From: Lacibacter sp.
GTDB lineage: Bacteria; Bacteroidota; Bacteroidia; Chitinophagales; Chitinophagaceae
Length of the DNA: 40,467 bases
Assembly (NCBI GenBank): GCA_036675885.1
Contig: JAKFDY010000539.1
Location: forward strand, 1-40,467
Direction of reading: 5' to 3'
Part shown: one piece after another, positions 26,692-37,100 of the stretch
Position numbering within the stretch: position 1 is the stretch's first letter
Layout: every line of letters starts with the position of its first letter
Program-made: the position numbers and the translations under genes
Notes under the pieces: generated by a model
Databases searched by the model: none
Told to the model about the DNA's origin: nothing
Seen by the model: only the letters and a program-made list of their open reading frames with translations

Positions 26692-26882
26692 AAGGCAGAA
26701 GGAGCAAGATACAGGCGCAAGGAGCAAGATACAAGGCACAAGAAAGAAAACCCAAATTCCAAAAAACAAAATCCAATCCAAAGGCACAAGAACGGAGAGC
26801 AGGTTTCAGTCTAAGAACTTACGAACTCAAAACTTGCCCCCCATAACTCTTAACACGTAACCAAAACCAAAAAACTCAACAC
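26692..26882. repeat. Composite degenerate heptamer arrays
   Basis: AAGGCAG AAGGAGC AAGATAC AGGCGC AAGGAGC AAGATAC AAGGCAC AAGAAAG; AAAACCC AAATTCC AAAAAAC AAAATCC; further blocks with an AAC core to about 26882. Confidence 0.7.
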
Positions 26883-26949
26883 AAAAGAAGCCGTTATTTC
26901 AGCTTTTCCACAACCCTTAACGCCTTATACTATTTTACACCCATTCCCC

Positions 26950-26957
26950 TATCTTTG
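26950..26957 (+). promoter_or_regulatory. -7 promoter element of the pyrophosphatase gene
   Basis: TATCTTTG, about 100 nt upstream of ATG 27059. Confidence 0.65.
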
Positions 26958-26991
26958 CCCGCCCGTACCGAAACGGTACGTTCGGGCGGGC
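26957..26991. repeat. GC-rich nested palindrome at the predicted transcription start
   Basis: Outer GCCCGCCCG/CGGGCGGGC; inner CGTACCG-AAA-CGGTACG. Confidence 0.75.
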
Positions 26992-27058
26992 CGCCCCTTG
27001 ACCATCATGACTTTAGCGGCGGCTTAACTTAAAAATCAACAACATAGAATCATTGTTT

Positions 27059-29476
27059 ATGGAGAATTTGATTTATCTCGTTCCCGCTATGGCAGTCGTT
27101 GGATTGCTGTACATGTTTGTGAAGTATAACTGGGTTTCAAAGCAGGAAGCCGGTAATGCACGGATGCAGGAAATCAGTAATTATATTGCTGAAGGTGCTA
27201 TGGCTTTTTTAAAAGCTGAGTGGAAAGTGCTGGGCTATTTTGTAGTGATCGTTGCCATTCTTTTGGGCGTTATGTCATTGGCTAATCCTAACAGCCACTG
27301 GTGCATTGCCCTTGCCTTTGTAATGGGCGCAGTGTTTAGTGCTACTGCCGGTTACATTGGTATGAAGATCGCAACAAAAAGCAATGTACGTACTGCACAT
27401 GCAGCCCGCACAAGTTTGAGTAAAGCATTGAATGTGTCGTTCACCGGTGGTTCTGTAATGGGACTTGGTGTGGCAGGTTTGGCTGTGCTTGGTTTGGGTG
27501 GTTTATTTATTATACTCAAAGCCATTTTTGTTCCGGCAGGTGCCGATGTAAATGGTGCTGAAATGCTCACAGCTATTGAAGTGCTTACGGGCTTTTCATT
27601 AGGTGCTGAGTCAATTGCCCTGTTTGCACGTGTGGGTGGTGGTATTTATACAAAAGCTGCCGACGTTGGCGCTGACCTTGTTGGTAAAGTAGAAGCAGGT
27701 ATTCCTGAAGATGATCCACGTAACCCTGCAACCATTGCTGATAACGTGGGTGACAACGTGGGTGATGTGGCTGGTATGGGCGCCGATCTGTTTGGTTCTT
27801 ATGTGGCAACAGTATTGGCAACAATGGTACTCGGCCAGGAAACCAAATCAATCGATGCATTTGGTGGTATGGCTCCGATCTTATTACCGATGATGATCGC
27901 CGGTATTGGTATTCTCTTTTCTATTGTTGGTACCTGGATGGTTCGTGTGAGCGACAGTGCAGGCATCAATACAGATAATGTGCAGAAAGCCCTGAACATG
28001 GGTAACTGGGGATCAATTGTCCTTACAGCTATTGCCTGTGTTGGCTTGGTTTATTTTATTCTTCCCGAAACAATGGTGCTGCGTGGCGCTGAATTCACCA
28101 AATGGGGTGTATTGGGAGCTATTGCAGTTGGCTTGGTAGTGGGTGCTTTAATGAGCATCATTACTGAATATTATACGGCCATGGGTAAACGCCCTGTGCT
28201 GAGCATCATCCGCCAGTCTTCTACAGGTCATGCTACCAACGTAATTGGTGGTTTGGCTGTTGGTATGGAATCTACCTTCTTACCAATTCTTGTATTAGCT
28301 GCAGGCATTTATGGTTCATTCTTGTGTGCAGGTTTATATGGTGTGGCCATTGCTGCTGCGGGCATGATGTCGACCACTGCTATGCAGCTGGCGATTGATG
28401 CCTTCGGTCCTATTGCCGATAACGCCGGTGGTATTGCTGAAATGAGTGAATTACCAAAAGAGGTTCGTGAAAAAACCGACGTGCTGGATGCTGTAGGTAA
28501 CACCACTGCTGCAACAGGTAAAGGTTTCGCTATTGCTTCTGCTGCCTTAACAGCGCTGGCATTATTTGCTGCGTTTGTTGGTGTGGCTGGCATCAGTGGT
28601 ATTGATATTTATAAAGCCGATGTATTGGCTTGTTTGTTTGTTGGTGGAATGATTCCATTTATCTTCTCTTCACTGGCTATTCGTGCAGTGGGTGAAGCAG
28701 CCATGGCAATGGTGGAAGAAGTGCGCAGGCAGTTCCGCACTATTCCAGGTATTATGGAAGGTACAGGCAAACCTGAATACGATAAGTGTGTGGCAATTTC
28801 AACTGAAGCATCTATTAAAAAAATGATGTTGCCCGGTGCTATCACTATTGCTTCTCCATTGATCATTGGTTTTGCAATGGGACCTGAAGCATTAGGTGGT
28901 TTCCTCGCTGGTGCTACTGTAAGTGGTGTGTTGATGGGAATGTTCCAGAACAATGCCGGTGGTGCATGGGATAATGCCAAGAAGAGTTTTGAAAAAGGTG
29001 TTGAGATTAACGGTGAAACGTTTTACAAAAAATCGGAGCCACATAAAGCATCTGTAACAGGCGATACTGTAGGTGATCCGTTTAAGGATACTTCTGGCCC
29101 ATCAATGAACATCCTCATCAAACTGATGTCGATCGTTTCATTGGTAATTGCTCCTACCCTTAAAGGAATTTTTCAAGAAAAAATTGAGACAGATAAAAAA
29201 ATTCAGATTCAGAAGTTATCTACAATGGTAGATCAGGGGCATGGCCAAAAGGTGGAAGTAAAAATGGAACAAACAATTTCATCAACAGACACAAAATTTG
29301 AAAATCCATTTGTAGCAGCTATTGTTGCTGATGGTCTAGTTGATGCAAAGAAATTCAGTATTGAATTAAAAGGTGATCAACTCAGCATTAACGGTACTGT
29401 GCAGCCGAAAGATGTATTGGAGAAATACCAATCACTCCTGAATGGCAAAACAGAATTAAAGATCGAAGTGAATTGA
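27059..29476 (+). CDS. hppA: Membrane-bound K+-dependent ion-translocating pyrophosphatase with C-terminal extension
   Basis: [86 protein letters not shown]. Confidence 0.97.
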   Translation: MENLIYLVPAMAVVGLLYMFVKYNWVSKQEAGNARMQEISNYIAEGAMAFLKAEWKVLGYFVVIVAILLGVMSLANPNSHWCIALAFVMGAVFSATAGYIGMKIATKSNVRTAHAARTSLSKALNVSFTGGSVMGLGVAGLAVLGLGGLFIILKAIFVPAGADVNGAEMLTAIEVLTGFSLGAESIALFARVGGGIYTKAADVGADLVGKVEAGIPEDDPRNPATIADNVGDNVGDVAGMGADLFGSYVATVLATMVLGQETKSIDAFGGMAPILLPMMIAGIGILFSIVGTWMVRVSDSAGINTDNVQKALNMGNWGSIVLTAIACVGLVYFILPETMVLRGAEFTKWGVLGAIAVGLVVGALMSIITEYYTAMGKRPVLSIIRQSSTGHATNVIGGLAVGMESTFLPILVLAAGIYGSFLCAGLYGVAIAAAGMMSTTAMQLAIDAFGPIADNAGGIAEMSELPKEVREKTDVLDAVGNTTAATGKGFAIASAALTALALFAAFVGVAGISGIDIYKADVLACLFVGGMIPFIFSSLAIRAVGEAAMAMVEEVRRQFRTIPGIMEGTGKPEYDKCVAISTEASIKKMMLPGAITIASPLIIGFAMGPEALGGFLAGATVSGVLMGMFQNNAGGAWDNAKKSFEKGVEINGETFYKKSEPHKASVTGDTVGDPFKDTSGPSMNILIKLMSIVSLVIAPTLKGIFQEKIETDKKIQIQKLSTMVDQGHGQKVEVKMEQTISSTDTKFENPFVAAIVADGLVDAKKFSIELKGDQLSINGTVQPKDVLEKYQSLLNGKTELKIEVN

Positions 29477-29505
29477 TCAGTCACATTATAAATTTCATTG
29501 AACTG

Positions 29506-29531
29506 ACCCCGGGATTTTTCCTGGGGTTTTT
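29506..29531 (+). terminator. Rho-independent terminator of hppA
   Basis: ACCCCGGGA-TTTT-TCCTGGGGT followed by a T run. Confidence 0.8.
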
Positions 29532-29639
29532 CATACAACAGCAAAAAAAATCCTGATAATCACCCGTTTTATGAAATTTGGAATGATGTTTGGACAGTAT
29601 GCATCACGAATAGGATTCTTAAACAATAAAATTTACTTT

Positions 29640-30443
29640 ATGAAACTGAAATTCAGTACAATTCTTTCGGGAATTGTGATCATGACTACAGTATTGCTGG
29701 CCGTTGGTTGCCAGAAGAACAAGAGCAATGGCGATAAACCCCGTTTACAGGTTCGTTTAACGGATGCGCCTGATCCTAACGTAAAGGAAGTTTGGGTTGA
29801 CATTAAAGGTATTGCTATCAAAATGGGCGACAGCGCTGAGATCACTTTAGCAAACTCTTACCCCGGGCTTTACAATCTGCTCAACTTTACGAACGGTAAG
29901 GATACCATCCTTGCTGATGCAGAAATTCCGGTAGGCCGTATTTCACAGATCCGCCTCTTACTTGGCGAAAACAATTACATTATTACAAAAAGCGGTGAAA
30001 AAATTAATCTTACAACACCCAGTGCACAGCAATCTGGTTTGAAAGTACAGATTCAGCAAGATGTTACAGGTGGCGTGCTCTATCGTTTGATACTTGACTT
30101 TGATGCAGCTAAATCAATTGTAAAAGCAGGCAACAGCGGTAAATATATCCTGAAACCTGTATTGCGTGTGCTTTCGTTTGTTCCATCAGGTGGCAGCGTG
30201 AAAGGTGTAGTTGCTCCTGATTCAATTGTAACCACAGTTTATGCGATCAATGGACCTGATACAGTAGCATCAACCTTTACACAAGTTGGTAACGGTAACT
30301 ATATGATCAAGGATATTCCTGCAGGCAGCTACAGTTTCTCTTATGTGCCTAATGATACGATCCATAAAACAGCAACACGTACAGTGCCTGTAACACTTGG
30401 TCAGATAACCATTGTTGATACTGTGAAACTGGAGAAAAAATAA
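29640..30443 (+). CDS. DUF4382-domain lipoprotein with C-terminal carboxypeptidase-regulatory-like domain
   Basis: Lipobox LAVGC; VRLTDAP, ISQIRLLLG, LTTPSAQQSGLK, ILDFDAAKSI, YILKPVLR. Confidence 0.88.
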   Translation: MKLKFSTILSGIVIMTTVLLAVGCQKNKSNGDKPRLQVRLTDAPDPNVKEVWVDIKGIAIKMGDSAEITLANSYPGLYNLLNFTNGKDTILADAEIPVGRISQIRLLLGENNYIITKSGEKINLTTPSAQQSGLKVQIQQDVTGGVLYRLILDFDAAKSIVKAGNSGKYILKPVLRVLSFVPSGGSVKGVVAPDSIVTTVYAINGPDTVASTFTQVGNGNYMIKDIPAGSYSFSYVPNDTIHKTATRTVPVTLGQITIVDTVKLEKK

Positions 30444-30465
30444 TTGTTTCCTTTGATGTCCGTAT

Positions 30466-30492
30466 AAACCGCCCTTTTGGGGCGGTTTTTTT
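30466..30492 (+). terminator. Rho-independent terminator
   Basis: AAACCGCCC-TTTTG-GGGCGG followed by T7. Confidence 0.85.
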
Positions 30493-30674
30493 ATGCGACC
30501 GAAGCTGTTCGAATCTATTTTTTTTACCCGTTCTGTTTTCCTTGCCGCAAGGAGAAAACTCTGCGTTACCTTCTTTTCTCCTTTCTCTGCGCCAAAACAT
30601 CATCTAAACAGCTTTTCAAAAACAGCTCACCCTTTTGTTAACCATTTCTGAATTTTACGAATGGTCTTGGTTTT

Positions 30675-30713
30675 TACGAACAGGGTCGTATATTTGATAC
30701 GAAACAAGTCGTA
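30675..30713. promoter_or_regulatory. Two TACGA-N6-TCGTA operators flanking a TATATTTG promoter element
   Basis: TACGAACAGGGTCGTA (30675-30690), TACGAAACAAGTCGTA (30698-30713), half site TACGAA at 30656; -7 element at 30689-30696. Confidence 0.8.
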
Positions 30714-30717
30714 AATA

Positions 30718-31098
30718 ATGAGTACTAAGCAACTGAAACCAACGGAAAGTGAATTGGAGATCCTTCGTGTTTTATGGGAGCGTGGCGAAGCAACCGTAAG
30801 AGATGTACACGAAGAACTCAGCAAAACAAAGGATGCGGGTTACACCACTACCCTGAAGTTGATGCAGATCATGCATGAAAAAGGAATGGTGAAACGTGAC
30901 GAAAGCAATAAAACACATAAGTATGTTCCGTTAATCTCACGTGAAAAAACACAAAAGCAATTTGTAGGTAAGATGATCGATACTTTGTTCCAGGGGTCTT
31001 CTTCGCAACTGGTGATGCAGGCACTCGGTAACCACAAAGCATCGAAGGAAGAGCTCGATGAAATTCAAAAACTAATTGATAACCTGAAACAGCAGTAA
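30718..31098 (+). CDS. BlaI/MecI/CopY family transcriptional repressor
   Basis: PTESELEILRVLW, ATVRDVH, YTTTLKLMQIMHEKG, LFQGSSSQLV. Confidence 0.95.
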   Translation: MSTKQLKPTESELEILRVLWERGEATVRDVHEELSKTKDAGYTTTLKLMQIMHEKGMVKRDESNKTHKYVPLISREKTQKQFVGKMIDTLFQGSSSQLVMQALGNHKASKEELDEIQKLIDNLKQQ

Positions 31099-31102
31099 CC
31101 AC

Positions 31103-33088
31103 ATGCAGGATTTATTCCAATCTGCATTTTTACAGGCTTTGGGAAAAGCAATTGCCGACAGCATCTGGCAAATGGGTCTGCTGTTTTTGCTTTACCAACT
31201 GCTTGTATTTTTATTCCGCATTAAACAGGCTGCCGTTAAAAACTTCATCAGCACTGTTTTTGCACTAGGCGGATTTGCATGGTTCATTTCAGGTATTGCC
31301 CTGCGCTGGCAACAACAACTTCAACAGAAAACTTCACTCATCATCAGCGAAGGCAATTTGAACAATTCGCTGCTGAGCAGTTTTATAAAAGATAATCGTT
31401 GGGAATTATTCTTCAACTGGCTCGATTATAAAATACAGCTTGTTCTCCCCTATCTCTCCATTGCTTATTTATTTGTATTGCTCTGGTTTAGTGTGAAATT
31501 GATTGTGCAGTTACAAGCTGCCAACTCTTTGCGCAATAAAGGACTGGCTTCTGTAAGCGATGATATGCAGGAGTTCTTTGCCTACCTGGTTGAAACTATA
31601 GGATTGCAACGCCCTGTTCAACTTTTCATCAGCAAACAAATTGATATACCTGCTACACTTGGTTTCTTAAAGCCAATTGTGCTGTTACCTGCCACCGCAG
31701 TTACACATTTAACTGCCGCACAATTGGAAGCAGTACTACTGCATGAACTCGCTCATATTAAACGCAATGATTATTTCTGGAATCTGTTACTTTCTGTTTC
31801 AGAAACCATGTTATTCTTTAATCCATTTGCTTTATTGCTGATCGGTATTGCAAGAAGAGAGCGGGAAAACAGTTGCGATGATCATGTAATGAACTTTCAG
31901 CAGAATGCAGCTGTTTATGCAGAAGCATTATTGAATGTTGAGAAAGCAAGAATTCAAAACCCACAACTGGTAATGGCGCTTGGTGATAATAAGCATCACC
32001 TGATGGATCGTGTAAAACGTATCCTGAATATGCCTGCTGAAAAAAACAAGATCAGTACAAGATTACTGGCACTGCTCCTCTTCACGATTGTGTTTGCTTT
32101 GATAGGTTGGTTGATTAAAGAACGCCAGCCTGTAAAAGAAGAAATGAAGCAGGCAGTTCTGAAAGAACAACCGTTGAAGGAAAAAATCAAAACTGTTTAT
32201 TTTACAACCAACGCAGTGGTGAAACAAAAGAATGATGCGGTGTTGCTGCGAGATGACAAACAAAAAATAAGACTCGAACTGAAGGATAAAATAAATGAAG
32301 AAGACATTCTTGTGTGGAATGAAAACGAAGACAAAGAGATCAAGTTTGATAAAGTGATCTTTAATGATCTTCCTGTTGAGTGGTTTGAGCAATTGGTAAA
32401 ACCAGGTGTGCGTGTCCGTTTACCTGATGTAAAGCAAAGACCAGGGATTGCGTTACAGCATGGGCCCGACTCTTCCCTTATTGCTGAACGTGAAAAAGAA
32501 ATGGAATTTTATGTTGAAAATGTTGATCGTTTAAAACAATTGCGTGAACGGTTCCCGCAGCAAAAAATGCGTAACAGTGGCGGCTCAACAATGATGCAGT
32601 ATCCAAAAGGAGCAATCTTTGATTCACTCATGCAAAAATTAAATGGCCAGTTTAATTTCACAATTGAAGGAAACCACCCCTCTCCTGATGTTATGTTCCG
32701 TGAATACTTTACAACAGAAGGTTTTTATAATCACCCCAAAGGAACTCCACAACAACAGGCTGCAGATGATGAAAAGAAAGAGCGCATTAAAACAAAATTC
32801 ACAATTAACCGTAAGGCAAGAAAAGATACTACTGACAATGCACAACTGAAAAGCAGGTTACGGACTGCAGCACCTGTAATTGCTTACTTATATAATGACC
32901 AGGGATTACGTGAAGACATGCAACTGGCACAACAACATGTGCAAATCATTTTAGAAAATAATCATATGCTGATGAATCAACCTCCACTTTGCGGTTGTCC
33001 CGATTCATTACAAGTACAAGTGCAGGAACAAAGAACAGCACCTCAGCCAAAAAGAGTTATCAGAAGATTAGAAGTAATCAAATTGTAA
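31103..33088 (+). CDS. M56 family (BlaR1/MecR1-like) membrane metallopeptidase
   Basis: N-terminal TM helices, PATLGFLKPIVLLP, LLHELAHIKRND, FFNP, RERENSCDD, YAEALL, RVKRIL. Confidence 0.93.
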   Translation: MQDLFQSAFLQALGKAIADSIWQMGLLFLLYQLLVFLFRIKQAAVKNFISTVFALGGFAWFISGIALRWQQQLQQKTSLIISEGNLNNSLLSSFIKDNRWELFFNWLDYKIQLVLPYLSIAYLFVLLWFSVKLIVQLQAANSLRNKGLASVSDDMQEFFAYLVETIGLQRPVQLFISKQIDIPATLGFLKPIVLLPATAVTHLTAAQLEAVLLHELAHIKRNDYFWNLLLSVSETMLFFNPFALLLIGIARRERENSCDDHVMNFQQNAAVYAEALLNVEKARIQNPQLVMALGDNKHHLMDRVKRILNMPAEKNKISTRLLALLLFTIVFALIGWLIKERQPVKEEMKQAVLKEQPLKEKIKTVYFTTNAVVKQKNDAVLLRDDKQKIRLELKDKINEEDILVWNENEDKEIKFDKVIFNDLPVEWFEQLVKPGVRVRLPDVKQRPGIALQHGPDSSLIAEREKEMEFYVENVDRLKQLRERFPQQKMRNSGGSTMMQYPKGAIFDSLMQKLNGQFNFTIEGNHPSPDVMFREYFTTEGFYNHPKGTPQQQAADDEKKERIKTKFTINRKARKDTTDNAQLKSRLRTAAPVIAYLYNDQGLREDMQLAQQHVQIILENNHMLMNQPPLCGCPDSLQVQVQEQRTAPQPKRVIRRLEVIKL

Positions 33089-33091
33089 CGA

Positions 33092-34114
33092 TCACCAAAC
33101 ACGGCGTGGACAAAGATCGCCATACTTATTTCCCAACAAAAAGCCGATCACAATTTCATGCGTGCCTCTTTGTGCATATTGCAAAAGATATTTTGAATTA
33201 TTTACATCGTATGAGTAACCAACATTCACTACGTTGGAAATATTAAAACCCGCCATCGCAGCAAAGCCTTCTTTAATTCGATAGTTCCCTCCTATCCAGA
33301 AGCGATCCTGGTATTGTGCTTTCACATTTACATCCACATACAACGGCATGCTTGGGATATAACGCAGCATCACAGATGGCATCACATTTACATCTTCACC
33401 TGCAAGTACACGGTAGCCGGTAGTAACAAACACATGCGGCACCAAAGTTGATTTATACAAATTATCATCCACCAGGTTTATTTTCTGTGGAATGATCTGT
33501 TGCACCGATGCACCTGCAAAAAATTGATCGGAATAAAGCCAAAGGCCTGCATTGAGTTCTGGTTTTATTTTACGCAGTTCACTTGTAAAACCACCAATTG
33601 CAGGATCAACAGGATTAGCTAATTGAATTTTGGAAGCATCCACATTAACACCCGAAATACCTGCTGCGAACCCTGCTGATAAATTTAGCTTGGGTGTTAG
33701 CCCTAAATGATATGCATACGATGCGGTTGCATAAAAACGATTGATGTATCCCGTTTTGTAATTCACTATACTTGCTCCTACTCCATGATGTGCTTCAGCT
33801 GCGGTGTATTCTTCCCAATATTGTTTTCCTCTTGGGTTTTCGCCCGGCACTCCAAATGAAGTAGCACTTGTTCTGTAATCTTCTTTACCAATGGGCGTGT
33901 GTATGGTTGCATAAACCGTTTGCGGTGCTCCTGGAAAACCAACCCATTGATTGCGGTAACTTAATTTTATATCCGTATAGTTTTCTATTCCTGTTAATGC
34001 AGGATTAAGCACATAAGGATTTAAAATGTATTGGGTATAATGTGGACGTTGCTGTGCGGCAGCTATCACTCCCATCATCATCAAACAAAAAACTAAAAAT
34101 TGTTTTCTCATCAT
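33092..34114 (-). CDS. Type IX secretion system PorP/SprF family membrane protein
   Basis: AQQRPHYTQY..LNPALTG, YRNQWVGFPGAP, GYSYD, GTHEIVIG. Directly downstream of a type-B CTD gene. Confidence 0.93.
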   Translation of the reverse strand: MMRKQFLVFCLMMMGVIAAAQQRPHYTQYILNPYVLNPALTGIENYTDIKLSYRNQWVGFPGAPQTVYATIHTPIGKEDYRTSATSFGVPGENPRGKQYWEEYTAAEAHHGVGASIVNYKTGYINRFYATASYAYHLGLTPKLNLSAGFAAGISGVNVDASKIQLANPVDPAIGGFTSELRKIKPELNAGLWLYSDQFFAGASVQQIIPQKINLVDDNLYKSTLVPHVFVTTGYRVLAGEDVNVMPSVMLRYIPSMPLYVDVNVKAQYQDRFWIGGNYRIKEGFAAMAGFNISNVVNVGYSYDVNNSKYLLQYAQRGTHEIVIGFLLGNKYGDLCPRRVW

Positions 34115-34124
34115 TACTGCTGCA

Positions 34125-37100
34125 TTATCGTAAAATAGTTACATAACCTGTTATCCGTTTGCGGCCGTTCTTTGGATCGAGTACATAATAATAAGTACCA
34201 GCCGGCAAAGGCGATCCTTTATATTTCCCATCCCACGGTGTGGAGTAACCGACCGAGCGATACATCATTGATCCAGCTGTATTATATACTTCAATAACAG
34301 CCCCCGGATAATCGTTCAGGAATTTAATTTCCCAGGAATCATTAATACCATCACCATTGGGTGTAAACGTATTTGGTGGTCTTGGTGATTTAAGAATTTT
34401 TATAAAAAGATCATCAGTTGCCTTACAACCAAAACCGTTTGTAACCGTTAACAAATAAGTGATATCATCTTTTGGTTGCAGAATAGTTGGCAATTGTAAT
34501 GTAACATCATCAAGATAGGTTGATGGCGACCATAAGAATTGTAAATCTGTACCACTGGCCGTAACATTGGTGATCTTACGAACACCGTCTTCCAATACAG
34601 TAAGGTCAGGTCCTGCATTTGCAATTGGTACCGGCCACACTTCAATTGTTTGATCTGAAGTGCTTACGCAACCATTGCTTGCATTGAATGTATAACGGAT
34701 GCTATGTGTGCCAACGCCTGCACCCGTTGGGTTAAATAATCCGTTTGCATTTACTCCCGGCCCTGTATAAACGCCTGTACCACTTAAGCCACCAATCTCG
34801 TTACCCTGCATCAACTGGAATGGTACATCATTCAAACAAACCCCAAACAGTGTATTGAATTGCGTGAGCGGACTTGCATTAACTGTAATGGTTTTTATTT
34901 CTTCATCCACACAAAGAATACCTGAATAAGATTTGTAACGAACCTGGTATGTTTTTGTAAGTGGCGATTGAAATTCAGGATAACGATGTTTGTACACTTT
35001 ACCTGCTGATGGCTGCTCATCCGTTTCCACAACTGTTGGAGCATTGGCATTATCCCAATAAATCTCAACTTTAGTAACATTACCAAAATCAACAGTTGAT
35101 TTATCTTCCAGTTCAACATCCTGGTTACTGCAAAGCGTGTTTGCTGAACGAACTAAGAAATCAGCTTTTGGAATAGAACCGTTGACAGTAAACGGAATCG
35201 CAACAACAGAATCACGACAACCATCTTTTGAAGTTACTTCCAGTGACAGTAAATAATCAGCTGCTTTATTAAACGTAACAGAAGGTGTTTTTGATGTACT
35301 GGTTACTGGTGTTGGGGCCGGTGTAACAGCAGGTGAACCCGTATTAAATTTCCACAGGTAAGTCATCTGTCCTGCACTGTTATCTGCAATGGAAGAAGTA
35401 TCTGTAAAGATTGCTTGTGCATCACTCAAACAAACTTCCGGTAATACAAACCCTGGTTTTGGCAAAGGATTGATGCGCATTGTACGCACAAGCGTATCAC
35501 TGATACAACCTTTCGAATTCTCCGTTACAAAACGAATGGTATAATCGCCCCAGTTTGAATAGACATAATTTGCTGAAGAAATATTTGTACTCGTGATTGT
35601 ATTGCCATCGCCAAACTGCCAATGGCTTTTTACAATTGATCCTGTGTTTGCAGTTGAAGTATTTGTAAATGTGATGGCATTCTTTTCGCAGACCAATGCA
35701 CTTGTTGTAAAGTTTGCTGTTGGCCATGGATTCACTATAACCGTTTTTACAACAGTATCGCTCACACAATTCTGATCTGTGAACACCCAAAGCGTTGCAG
35801 TGTAAGTACCGGGGTTTGCGAAATTCTTTACCGGATCTTTTTGCGTTGATGAAGTACCATCACTGAAACGCCACTCCCACTTTGTAACCGGATGCGTAAA
35901 GCCGTCAGATGCATTTGTAAATGTAACCGGTGTTTGCCAGCACACTTCAGCAGGCGCAGTAAAATCAGCTTTTGGTTGCGGATAAATTTTATCTACTGCT
36001 TTTGTAACCGAATCGGCACAACCATAAGCAGTCGTTATTTTCAGCTTTGTATTGAAAGGACCAATTGATGGATATTGATGAGAAGGATTTTGGATAGTCG
36101 CATTATTCAATACCCCACTTGCAGCATCTCCAAAATTCCAGAAATAATTAAATGCACTTTGTGTTCCATCAGCAATAGTTGAAGTGCTGTTGAAATTGAT
36201 CACAGGATCAGGCATACAACCGTACGAAACAGTAAAATCAACAACGGGATTTGGCCTGATAGTAAATGGCATTGAATAAACCGGGCTTAAGCAACCGGTG
36301 TTTGTTTTCAGTTGTAACGTGGCTGTATAATTTCCTGTTGCAGCAAAAGCTGATGTTACGTTTGCAGCGGTTGTATTATTGATCGGCGAACCGATTCCGG
36401 TATTCCATGTCCAGTTCGTAATTGAACCAAACCCTCCTGCCAAGGTTGATGAATCTTTAAACGTAAGCGTTTTGCCAACACACAATGGATCGATAATGCC
36501 AAACTTTGCAACGGGCGTTTTGGTAACAGTTATCAATTGTTCTGTTGTATCGCTTAAACAACCTGCATCCGTCATGGCTACATAACGAATCTTAAATTGC
36601 CCGGGATTGCTGAATGCTTTTGAAGGATTAAATGTATTGGCAGTAGTTACATCACCAAAATCCCAATAATGTTTAATGACAGGTCGGCCATTGCTTGTAT
36701 TAATACCGGTAAAGGAAATTAATGAATCGGTACAGCCTGCAGCTGCTGTATTTGCCCATGAAAAAGTTGCCGTTGGCGGATCAAGCACTTCCAGATCGAA
36801 ATTGATGATCTGTTCTCCCAAACAACCATCAGGCGTTGGGTTGTTTACCGTAACCACCACAGGATACTTCCCTGCTGTATTATAGATATAATTACCCGGC
36901 AGTTTAAACACATAAAGTGTTTTGCCATTCAGTACAAATGTTGAATCAGCAACAGGCGCATTATTGATCACATCAGGATAGCCGGTAAAATCCCACTTCA
37001 TGCTGATGGGTAAATACGGAAGCGTTAACGATAAAAAGAATGGAGAACTTTTGCAGGTAACCGGACTTTTAATGATGGCATTGGCATTCTGTGTTGTTAC

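Noticed and set aside
26586-26814. 67-69-aa ORFs in the sigma/hppA gap
   Set aside because: Translations of heptamer repeats.
26957-27025. Known Na+ or Li+ riboswitch upstream of hppA
   Set aside because: I cannot match a known consensus by eye; kept only as an unclassified hairpin.
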